Notes under the pieces: generated by a model
Databases searched by the model: none
Told to the model about the DNA's origin: nothing
Seen by the model: the letters and a program-made list of their open reading frames with translations, nothing else
Position numbers and translations under genes: made by a program
Shown here: one piece after another, positions 37,701 through 49,700 of the stretch
Layout of the letters: every line of letters starts with the position of its first letter
Numbering within the stretch: the first letter of the stretch is position 1
DNA from: Balanoglossus misakiensis
Taxonomy: Eukaryota > Animalia > Hemichordata
Direction of reading: 5' to 3'
Length of the DNA stretch: 64,000 nt
Assembly (NCBI GenBank): GCA_040954595.2
Contig: CM082577.2
Location: 4,700,301-4,764,300 of the forward strand

Positions 37701-40700
37701 AGGAGGTCGACCGCCACGTCTTGTCGGACGCCAAAGACTTCGTCGATAAACCGCTGCTCATCACGGGAACTTCAGGTGAATGAACAGAACTTGAATGAGG
37801 TTTTGTCAAGCTTCAAATTGTCTTCGAACAATCATCCAGAGCCTTCCTTCGCCAAATAACAGACCTAGTTTGATTGGGACTAGATTTTGATCGTGTTGAG
37901 TTTGGACAAGTTAACAATTTTCAATCACGCATCACAGTTTTTGAAGATTACTGAAGTCTGTCTATTGTCTCAGAAAAGGGTGTGAAATGTTTTGTTTGTT
38001 TACAGGTATTGGGAAGACGAGTGTCTTGGCAAATTGGGTCAACAAACATCAAGAAAGTCACCCCGACGACATTATAGCGTATCATTTCATTGGATGCGCT
38101 CAGAGAAGCACAGGTGGGTCAAACTGACATACAGATATGGATACAAATCAGTAAGACAACACTACAGTAACGAACACTGACAGACAGACAGACACAGGCA
38201 GACATAAAAAATACTATGAAGAATACAGACAGCTGGATAGCTAGCTTTGGTTGGTAGATGGATGGATGGATGGACAAACGGGTGGGTGGGTTGTTAGATG
38301 GATGGATGGATGGATGGATGGGCGTGATCTTACTCATCATATCAAGAAGTGAAAAAATTTCATCATTTTATTTTTTAATTTGTCAGATGAACGTGACATC
38401 ATGGTTAGGCTGGTTGAAATGCTGAAAACTGGATACGAGAAAACCCGAGGAGAAGCGACGGACAAAGATGGCGATGTTGGCGATGATAAGAAGCCAAAAG
38501 AAGAAAAGACGCTGAGAAGTATGAGCATGCTAGAATTATACAAAGAACTGATGAGTGTGTTGACACGAATCACAGAGAGTGGTCGCAAAGCTGTGGTTGT
38601 GCTTGATGCTCTCGATAAGATTGATGATATTGGCAGAACGAAAAAGGTAAGAGAAAAGAAAAACTAACAGGTACATCCAATATTGACAATTAGACAAAAT
38701 TGGTAAATTGTAGTGTCTATTGTTTTATTTTTTTGTCACCAGCCAATATGCTCCCCTAGAACGCCCTCAACTTTATTTTGGCATGCTAAGGGGTGTGCTA
38801 AGGGCCTCCCTACGCTCCCCTATAGCGCCCTCAAACGACCGATCTTTCTGTCTATTTCAATCCTTACATGACTGGCAACATCCCCCAGCAGACAAATTGG
38901 TTCTTTTTTTTGCAATTAATCATAATATAATTTAAATGTTATCACAAAGACTTCGACATAGACATCATGATTGTTTTTCTGATCATATACTTTTTTGTAT
39001 AATGCAGTAAAGCCTGTCTAAACCATAGACAGTACTGTCTATGTCTAAACCGAACATCTAATCTGGAGACCTGTCTATACCGAACACATTTCGTTTCACT
39101 TAGAACCATGTCTTAAAAGAACCTCTGTAAACTGGACACCTCTGCACACCGAACAATTTCTTCATTTCTTTGATCAATAGTTTAATCAATTTTACTGACA
39201 GTAATTTATCAGTGCTTTCTAATTCCTTTTTTTTTTATTCTTTTGTGCACAAACAGGAATTGTACTGGCTCCCGACCAACCTACCCAAAGGTGTTAGTTT
39301 GTTGTTGTCCTGCCTCTCCACTGACGAAGACAAAATCTCGCTTCTGGTGAACGAACGCCAGTATGATACTTTGTCATTGGAACCGATGTCGACGGAACAC
39401 AGAGAGAGTATGACCAAGGTATGGATGCCTCGAGAATTTCTGATAGCATGGTGACAAATTTGCATAACAATATAAACTTTTGTTATGTTAATGAAGTTAA
39501 ATTGTTTTGCCATAATTAAAGAGTTGTGGCCGCTTTACTTTGACTGCTCTGGGAAGAACACTGTGTGTAATTCCATCTTTCAAAAATATTTCACTATCGA
39601 ACCGTTTCAGAGTCTGCAGATTTAATTTTCCTTCTAGGATGAGTTTCTTGACAGAACTTTGCAAAGTGATCACGTGACCATTGAATGTTGCCTACTTGGT
39701 CTTTGTGGCAACTTATGCAAATGGGTGTTTGTATTAACTTTGTCAAAAAATATCTTTCTGAAAAAAAAGTTCTTATTTCATTTTTTTAACATCACAGGCA
39801 GTGCTATCTTTAAGAGGGAAAGTTTTGACTCCAGAACAAACATCCAAAGTCATTGGAAACGAACAAACAGAAAATCCACTGTATCTGAAGGTTGCTTTGC
39901 AGGTGAGTCCCATTAGATCCTGCCACTTGTCCCTCCCTCTCCCCCCCCCCCCCCCTCTCCCTTCCTGCCCCCCACTCCTTCCCTTACTCCTTACTTTCAA
40001 GTAGATCTAGCATTGGTAATGTGCTATTTAGAGGTCATTTTGATTATAAATAATATCTTCATTTTGTCACTGGAAGTTACTTACATCCATTTAATTTGAC
40101 CATTGATAAAAATATTTATTTTTAAATATAAGTTTGTCAGTTTAGCACACAGATCAACAGACGTAACATTGCATAGAATGCATTAAAACTTGCAATCTTC
40201 TCTACTTTCAGGAGCTATGTAACTTTGGTGATTTCTTCAAATTGAATGAGCACATTGACTTCATCATGGCGGCCGACAGGTGAGTCGATCTCTTGCAAAT
40301 GCGAACGTGCACCGATGTGATTGATTAAAGTGTATCAGAGAGGCATCACATCACAGTGGGAGGTCAAAAGAACTGGTCAGAGGTCAATGTTCTTTAGTCC
40401 TGCTAAGATATTGCATCATTGCTCTGGTTGAAGCAGGCCTTGTTTAGGTCAAAAGTCACTTGGGTTGCAATCGTATAGAGTTTGAAACATGATTGAAAGT
40501 ATTCTTTTTGTGAAGTATTGAGATTTTATTGTCATTTGGTTTGATTTAATTCAGAAAAGTAAGACCTGCGTCCCTTTATAGATTGATACCTACAATGACA
40601 TCATTTGTCTAAATGTAACAAAGCATTGTATCTACACTGTATATCTGTTTCAGTACCAAGAAATTGTTCACCAAAATCCTACTGGGACTTGAGAAGGACT

Positions 40701-43700
40701 TTCTTCCAGTGGATTCTACAGAGAATTGGATTGCAAAGGTAAATCTCAGAAATATATGAAATTTGACAAAACAATCGCTTTTTATGATATTTTTTTTTAT
40801 TCAAGTAGAGTTACAAATAACAGATAATAATAAAAGAAATGCATCAGATTTTTCATGACTCTTCTACAAAGTGAAATTCTGTACCAAGATATTTGAGTTG
40901 CATTGTAGTGGATATGTACTGATAGTTTAAAACCACCTATGGAATATCCTGGAAAAATTAAATTCAATCCTGCAATGTTCTGGAATATTGATGTAGTTGA
41001 ATTTTTGACATCAGAGTACTCCTGGAAAATCTTGGAATGACTTGAATATACTTTGAGTATTAATTATGAAAAAATATCCACATCTTGATTTTTTTCCATC
41101 TTCAGTTGATGAGCTGCTTGTTGGTATCCCGCTACGGACTCTCAGAACAAGAAATCAAAGCCATCGTTGGAATTCCAGACCAGCTTTGGGCAGCCATCTT
41201 TTTCACCATTGAAGACTTCTTGGTTGACAGAGATGGGATTTATGAGTGAGTAGGTGGTTTCTTTCTTCTCTGCTCTGGAAGACTTTTCAGATTGCGTGCA
41301 GATTAGTCTGACTTACATGTAGTTCCAAATGTTTTTACCCAAGCCATAGATTTATTAAAAAAAATATTTAAGAAATTCCAGGAAGACCAAAGCTGTTTTA
41401 CTGATGCGACACACTGTTAAACTTTGAATTCATCATGGTAATAAATTTTCTTCACCACATATAATGTACAATGAAACAATGTCCTTTCCTGTCAAACTAT
41501 GCATTTTATGGCGAGGCAGTGAAAGCTGCCCTCATTCGATGGCTCGTAAAACCCACTGGGCCCGCCCATTCAGCGGTGGAGCGCCAAACAGAAAACTAGA
41601 TCCATGCTAATGTACATTATGCTAAGTAAGACGTCTGTCTGTACGTGTGATTGGCTGGTATAAGTCATCAGACATCATATGATCGTGATTTTGCATATCA
41701 TTTACATAATATAGGTTGTTCAACCTCATAACACACGAACATCGTAGTCACCTTGAAGACTGTAGCATTAATGACTGAATTTCTGGGTTATTTAATTTAA
41801 TAGAAATTTTAACATGACTCTAGTGATTAAAACTTGTTCCTAAATACATATTTTGGCTAAATTTATTTGCTTAACTTCAGCAAGAATGTTATATGAGCAT
41901 ACTAATACGATGAAAGTATTATCGTAGCCACTTTTGCTTTCATGGGAGTAGCCCTGACCTATATATTATATAAATTGACTTTTTCCTTCATGTTAATACT
42001 ATGTGTACAGAGCTAAAGAACAAAATCAGTGTTTGTTTTATACAAAGAAAAAAAATTACTTTTTACCAGAATATTTCTCTCTTTTCTTTTAGAGTGGTCT
42101 GAACTTGCCCATAGTCAGTATAACTGTTATCATTATCACATAAAACATGCATTTCCTTCCCCTGTTTATCTGTATGTGGTTTCAAAGTCATCATTGAAAA
42201 CTATGGTTTCTAAGGGTACATCGATCATTCAAGCGCTCAGTAGATGTTTGTATGTACTCAGAAACAACATAACATGGTTAACATTACAACCACTTAGAAA
42301 TCAATTAATCAATTTTAATCTTGTGACGGATGCAACAACAAACGCTTTATCAGCAAAACACATACAGAAAACATGAAATATGGTATTGACATTTTTTTTG
42401 CATTTTGTATTTTGTTTGGCCGAGTCCTGGAAACCCTGATAAAGTAAAGTTTAAAGGTTTCCAAGCAGTGCATTCATTTAGAAAAGAGGATGGTTTCTTT
42501 TCAAAAGGCATTTCAAAGGTTTAGTGAAGACCACATGAGAAACAGGAAGAACCAGTATTAATAGTACATGGCAATGTCACGCCACACTTATCAACTTATG
42601 CGGCAATCAATTCCGTAATAGATAATATTTAATCAAAATAATTACTGTAAATCCCCAACTTCTAGTTGTCAAGATTTGTTTGAGTTTAATTACAATTGAA
42701 AAGACAGTTAATAAATTACCCTGGACGATAATGCTGAATCATTATTATCTGAGTGTTTTTGAAGAGACAATGGATGGCCATGGACCTTAAATTCTCGTGC
42801 GATGACATTGTTGGAAAATTGCAGCGTTTCTTGCAAGCCTGTGGGTTGTCACCATGTATGACCCCCACCTGTCGCTAGGGTTTGAGACAACGGCACAAGA
42901 ACCTCACAGATAGCTGGGGGTCAATTCAATTTGATTTGATCTGTCATACAATGAGTTCTTCATTCGTTCTAATGCTGACATTAATAACTGTCAACATGGC
43001 CGGGATTTTTATGAATGGTCGTACTGTACCATGATGTCATCAGTGCATTTTAATTATGCCAGAAGCGGTCATCATCCTTTTTGTCGTGGCTGACTGTTGA
43101 AATTGACCGAGCTTGAACTCTCAGTGCTTAACAGATATCTGCTGTAGTGAAGAGATCTGACAAATGTGATCGACGAAGTTTGAAAATGGAACAAAATCTC
43201 AAATGGTCGACCCAGTCGCGTTTGAATTTTTCGAATTATCCAAATTAATTTTCATGCAGTTATGGAAATCAAGAGAAAGTTGAAGGATTCTCAGTCAATG
43301 AACGTTTGTGATTTGTGGGTCAATGGATCTTTTATGTGTAATTCCAGCTTTTTCATATGGAAATTCACTGCCGTGTGCCGCGTGCGTGCACTGGGATTCT
43401 TTCATTCCAGAGACTTGTGAGGTCAACAAACTTTTGAAGTGCACATGTCAATTCAATGCATGCTTGGTAAATTGGTTATATTGTATAATCGTATCTGACT
43501 GCCACCACTTGACATGTGTAAAACAACCCCTATCTCATCAGGATCGGGTCAAAAAACTTTGCAGCTGAAATATAAACTCAGGTCGACATGACATCTTTCA
43601 TGTTTTACCAGTGAACAGTGGACCGGTGGCACATACGTACTGCAGGGACTGGTGAATGAGTAATTGACCTTAAATTTGGACATGGTTCAAATTTAACATG

Positions 43701-46700
43701 ATATGGCCTTGAATTTCATATTCATGAGTGATTGCAGCCACTGTAACGACTCAACGCCTGATCGATGCATCAATTTGTACAACCCTGGGAACACGTTAAA
43801 CTGCACAAAGTGTCTATATGTTCAGGTTGTCATTAAGGTTGGCTCATCGATCCACATGCTATCACTCCATCACAGTTACCATAGCTCATCATATATTGTC
43901 TCAGTGTTTGCAAATTACATGTACTTGTAAATACCACTTTTCTTCCATAAATATGTATTGCTTATTTGTCGTGAGGTACCTGACTTGCCCAAATTCCTTG
44001 TTTTTAAAGGATAACTTCATTGTCCAAACCATTTTTTTCCCATCTGTAACCGTCAAAACAATATTATAGGCTTAATTCCTAGGTCTGCTTAATTAAAGCA
44101 AGGTCATTGAGTTGGCATCACACAGTCTGCCTATATTAAACAGCGACCATTTTCAATAAGTTCATCTGTTCGGGGAGAAACTCAGTATATATGCAATGCC
44201 ACCACTGTACACACACATAGACTTGAATGGAGTATTTAAAGACGAGGTCAACAAACTTTTGGATGGCAGGCTATAGACTGATATGACACACGTGTGTTAA
44301 GGTCTAGCATATAACCTTGTACAGTAAGAGCAGACATATTAAAGAAATCTGACTATTTTGAACCCATGGTGTCTTAAATTAGAATCTAAGTGATTGCCTT
44401 GCAAGCCTGGAGGCAGTGTATACTGTTATTGCTTGCTAAAAATTACATTTGTTTGTAGATATTCATGTCCCTGATTTTCAGAAAAGAAACAAAAGCTCCC
44501 AATGAATCTTGCCACACCCGCCATTCACAAGATTCAAATTTCTGAGGAGAAACAAAAAGTAACTGTCTCAGGTTTTTTAGCAAATAAAATTTTCCTACAG
44601 ACTGGGTTCTTATTTTTACCATCTGTAAGTCAATCTGGCAATGGTACACAAGAGCTTTGACGGATCACATAAAGACAAAATATTTGCTTGTCGCCAAGGC
44701 AGCTTGACATGAATAAACTGAAGAAGTAGGGCAAGGGGAAACTGAACTCATGCCAACTTCTTTTTGAGAAAGGCAATAATGAAAGTGGCAGGTAGTCAAG
44801 CAGGCATGTTGTTTCCTGATAAATGTACATTGACAATAAGTATGCAGAGCATATTAAAAACACAGCAAAATGAAAGAGAGAAAGATTTTTTTGTCGGGGG
44901 GGGGGGGGGGGGTATTTAGCCATTCACTCCACTTGGTATCAGAGGAAGGTTAAAAAATTGTGTCTCAGTGCATGCTTTTTGCCAGCTGCATTCTGGGATC
45001 AAAATGGTTGTACACAGAAAAAAACAATCTTGATTTTTCTTCTCTGTGTCAAAGTTCAATGCCAAGTAAGTACAATGATTTGTCAAAAATCTCCAACACG
45101 TTAAATTTGTGAAATGGTGGCCAATCGACCAACCGGTGAGAGTCTTATTAACCAGCCAGTCAGAGCCCAGGTTTTGTGTCTTCTTGTCGCGCATTGTTTG
45201 ATCACACTGTCAGATCAGGCGTATATAAGTCTCATCGCACTGATTTTGGTCTTTAGAGATAAATCAGCTTGAGACTTTGAACGTTGTCTGACCTATTCCA
45301 GACTTTAAACTTCATCTGACCTGGGAGTTTATGCTGGTTATCTGGACTTTCCCCACCCTGGATATCCGTATCAGATCTCTCTAACACACCTGGCACTGAT
45401 CCTGACAGAGATGACGTCAATGAGTCTTGGATCTAGCAGCTATCAATAACAGATTTCCTAAATCCCATTCCTGTATCTCTGTGTGACAGTAATAATTGAC
45501 TTGCCAGTTTGTCATCTGTGATAATCAGTGTGCCATTGTCTGTAACTTTTGGCTATTTATTTTCAGCTTTTTTCTTTATCCTATCAACCATGTTTTCTTG
45601 TTCTGCTCCCTGAGATGAGGCAGGGCTAAAGTGTAACTGCTACAATGTACATCATTGGTTGTTACTTTGTATTGCTACAATGTACATCATTGGTTGTTAC
45701 TTTGTATTGCTACAATGTACATCATTGGTTGTTACTTTGTACAATGCTACAATGTACATCATTGGTTGTTACTTTGTACTACATGACAAACAATGCCTGG
45801 TTACTTTTTTCACTTTTCCAATTTACTTTGATATATTACATGTGTTCCTAACTGTCTACCGTACCCTCTCCCCCTTTAAACAATCACACAAAATTTACTG
45901 CAGTAGCAAAAATGTTCCTGTCACCACCATTGTTTCAGTTCACGTAATAATTAATCCAAAGTTCAAAACTGACAGGTGAATGCCCCATTGTATCTTCTCG
46001 TGTCAAAGGCTGAAAAAGTTTTAAAATACAGTTTAATTAGAACAACTTTAACCCTGATTGTACGTGCCACTAGGGGGCACTTCTTATCGGTGAAGTTAGT
46101 TCACCTTATATATCAAAGCAGTGTGTCGCAGTGTATCACATTGTACCAAACAAGAGAGTAAAAATGCCCCAAATTAGATTTTTTTCATTCTACTATTATT
46201 TGTCTTGCGCACAGTTTTCAGTTTTGGGAGAATGTTTTTGCACATTTTAGCCAGGACACTGACAGTCATGGAGTGTTATTTTCTTTTTAAAAAGGGTAGA
46301 TTCTCACAGTGATGGATAAAATGTTATCAAAATAGTATGAAATATTGTTGAAAAATGAGATTTATACTGCCTCCCCCCCCCCCCCCCCCACAGCAGCAAA
46401 AACTGCAGGAGATATCAACAAACGCTGGCGCCTTGATGACTTGCAGAAATACATGAATGCAATCTTCTGTAGATTTTATCTTACAAGGATGGCTGATGGG
46501 GGAAACCTGTCCCAAGGATTTCCAGGGTCATTGACCAAAGACATCTTATTAAGAGAGAGCTGCTTTGATTGGTTGAGAGAGCGTCTCACCTGATATGACT
46601 CAAATCGGAACATGATGACAGCACAGTGTCTGCATGAGCTTAGAAACTGCTGATCAAAGTCTAGTCTTGCCACAAATGAATCAACACAAGTTACTAATAA

Positions 46701-49700
46701 ACTCTTCCAAGGATTTACAACCAGCAAAGATGAAATATTTCTTTCAATAATACTGGTGTATGGATTTCCATTATTTTATCTTTGTTTAATCAAGATCGGG
46801 ATTAGACATAGGGGTAACTTTACAAATTCACTGATGTCCATTTAGCTGGTGAATAAAAATTCCTAGTCAGCATTTTTTCACACATGCTATGAGCATAAAC
46901 AATTCACAAAAGTTTTATATGAAAAAGAAGCGCGGTGACAGTTTTTATTCTGCCATAAAATTTAATTTTGTTTGAATGAGCTACATGCACACCACAATAT
47001 TTTTTTTAATTCTATAAAGATGAGGGGACTTCGGTGAGAAATTGTTGAGTGGAATAACCTGCCATTCTTTTCATGATCAATGAAAAAAAAGACACTACAC
47101 TTGATGCATTGCTTTAGAAGTGTTTTTTTTATTTCTGCCAAATATCACAAATAACAATGGAACAACTTCCAATTAATAATCAAAATGTTAAAAACATCAA
47201 TTTCAAAATATATGCAAGTCCACATTTTAAGGTGACTTTAACTTAATCATACTCAATAAAAGCTGATCTTCAGAAGAAAATTCAAATTACACTTCAGTCT
47301 AAAGTCCTTATTTATGTATTTCAGTTATTTTAGTGTTGGCAAGTTGCCAAAAATTTGCCACATGCATTCAACACGTGGTTTTAACATGCACTCGACATGA
47401 GACAGTTCTTGTGGCCTGAAATGATCCGATTGCATATGGAAGTACTTTTGTAGTGAAATTATCAAAAAAATAATAATTTATCAATTGATGAGACGTTATT
47501 CCAAGAAGGAAAAAAACAGCTTGCTAAATATCAATTAGCACTTACTTAAAATGTGCATTGCTCAAAGTTATATTTTCAAAATGTAAGTTTTCTATTCTTC
47601 TTTCTTTGTCAACACACCGTTTGAAACGATGTCCTTTTTGATTTTCTGGTCCGTGTCCACTGATGCGACGCGCGCCTTCTTGTTGCCCTTGGATACGTAA
47701 GTTGTGTAGAAATAATGGCTGAAGAGGACAAAGTAACTAAAGTACATGGCAAAACTCCAGTTTATGTTATGGTAGTACACAGGGCAGTCCGGCCCCGGTT
47801 CCACTTGCGCGAGGACGTAGTAATTCACCAGGAGACCAACCACCATCTGGAGGAGTTGCATCGAGGTGATGATGATGTTCACGTAACTGGGGATGGTCAC
47901 CAAGCGGGAGGCCTTCAGAGCGTAGTAGCCGTACATTACAGAATGCACCAGGTAGTTCATGACAGCGAAGTACCTTCCGTGGGGCAGTCCGTCCCGGGAG
48001 GAATAAAACACGTAGATCAGGACGCTGACGTGGTGGTACCAGTGCAGGAGCATCAGCTTCTGCTTGCGGAGAACGATGAACATGGTGTCGCCCAGTTCGA
48101 CGACTTTACTGACGGCGAACGCCCAGCACCAGAAGCCGCTGACCCCCCTCAGGTAGCTCTTGTCACACATGGTCCGCTGCAGTCCGTGGTTGGAGTAGGT
48201 GTCGATGAATTCTGTGAGGCAGCGGAACGCTCCCAGAACGCTGAAGATTGTCAGGGAAGCCGACCACAGGGCCAGTGTCATACGCAGGTCAAATTTGTGC
48301 CGGTGGTGCATGGCTTTCCGGCCGGCAAATATCAGCACCAGATAGATGATGGAATAAATGAAGGAGTCGGTCCAGCTCTCCTGGAACCACCTGTGGGTCG
48401 CATCGTAGTCGAAACTTGTCTCCAGTTCCAGCGGGAACCAGTGGATATTGTCCCTGTTCATGGCTGGGGCTTTTACTATCTGCTGTTCACCGCTCTTGAC
48501 TGGGTTTAATCACAGCTTGGCCGACAGACGATCAGAAAAACTGCCCCTCCCAATACTCGGGCAAGCACGCATGTGGCCAAGCCCCGTTTCCGCCTCAGCC
48601 TATATATTTTATGAGCGCAGCGCGCTCACCCTTTGACCTCAACGCGTCAGGTACACAGCTCAGTGTAGCAATACTTTAACCGCGCGCTTGCTTGGTAGCT
48701 ATGGAAGTGCGTGTAAATAATATATGTTCATTGTTATGCTAATGAGTGGTGTGATCTTAGGGTGTGCTCGATCTTCTTTGATTTTCAGCCACACAGATTC
48801 ACTGCCCTGTTCAAACACGCAAACATATTCAAGTACATGTATATTCCGTATCGAATCATGAAATTCAAAAAAAGACATGTTACTTGACAAAAATGTGTGA
48901 TCTGATGTTTAATATTAATTTTTTTAGGGTTCATTTTCAGGAGAAATTTCAGACAGACGAAATTGTAACAAGAATCTCTACACAGAAATTTGTGGCAGGA
49001 CCTTCCTAGAATGTTACAATATATGTTTTGTTACATATTTGTTACAAATTAAAGTTTGACACAAATATATGATGTAATTTTGAACCTAATAAGCATACAT
49101 AATTTATGACATACATGTATACTGCTATATGAAATGCTAGCTACTTAAAATGTATTCTAAGCTAAAGGTCAATATGAATAAACCCTGATACCAGGACATA
49201 TGATCAAAGTCTCAAGGAAATTTTTAGTGTTGTCTTAAAATATTGTAAAGTATTTCTGCTTTAAATATTTTTTTTTGGGGGGGGGGTGTAGATTTGAATA
49301 AAATAGGGGTGGACGTTTTTATGGCAGAAAATACTAGTATTCATCACATAGTAATCCGGAAAACTTGTGGGATATCAGATGGAAATTGCAGTTCCTTAAT
49401 GATGTTGACGGTAACATAAACAAGCTACAGCTTCCGTGACCTCACACGCTTTGTGTTCAGTGAATGAATGAATGAACATAGTCGTTGGCACTGGTCCAAA
49501 ATACTATGTCATGTGACACTCCCATTCAAATGAATGAAATCTTTATTGATGGAGAGTGTTATTTCCCACAAGTCATCAGTGTCACACAGTGTGATAGTCA
49601 GGAATGGTGTTTTTTTTTAGAGATTGATCTCTAAAAATAAAACACCATGTCTGGATTCCAGACTAACAGTGTGAAATATTTAAACATTTCTCCACTCGTG

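Noticed and set aside
40898-40910. TGCATTGTAGT matching part of miR-33
   Set aside because: Only an 11-nt match, with no complementary arm, and not in an SREBP intron.
45638-45779. 35-bp repeats of CRISPR-like length
   Set aside because: Head-to-tail with no unique spacers, no cas genes, and a eukaryotic context, so this is a minisatellite.
47715-48509. 264-aa plus-strand ORF
   Set aside because: It is the antisense shadow of the GC-rich ELOVL coding sequence and has no recognisable motifs.
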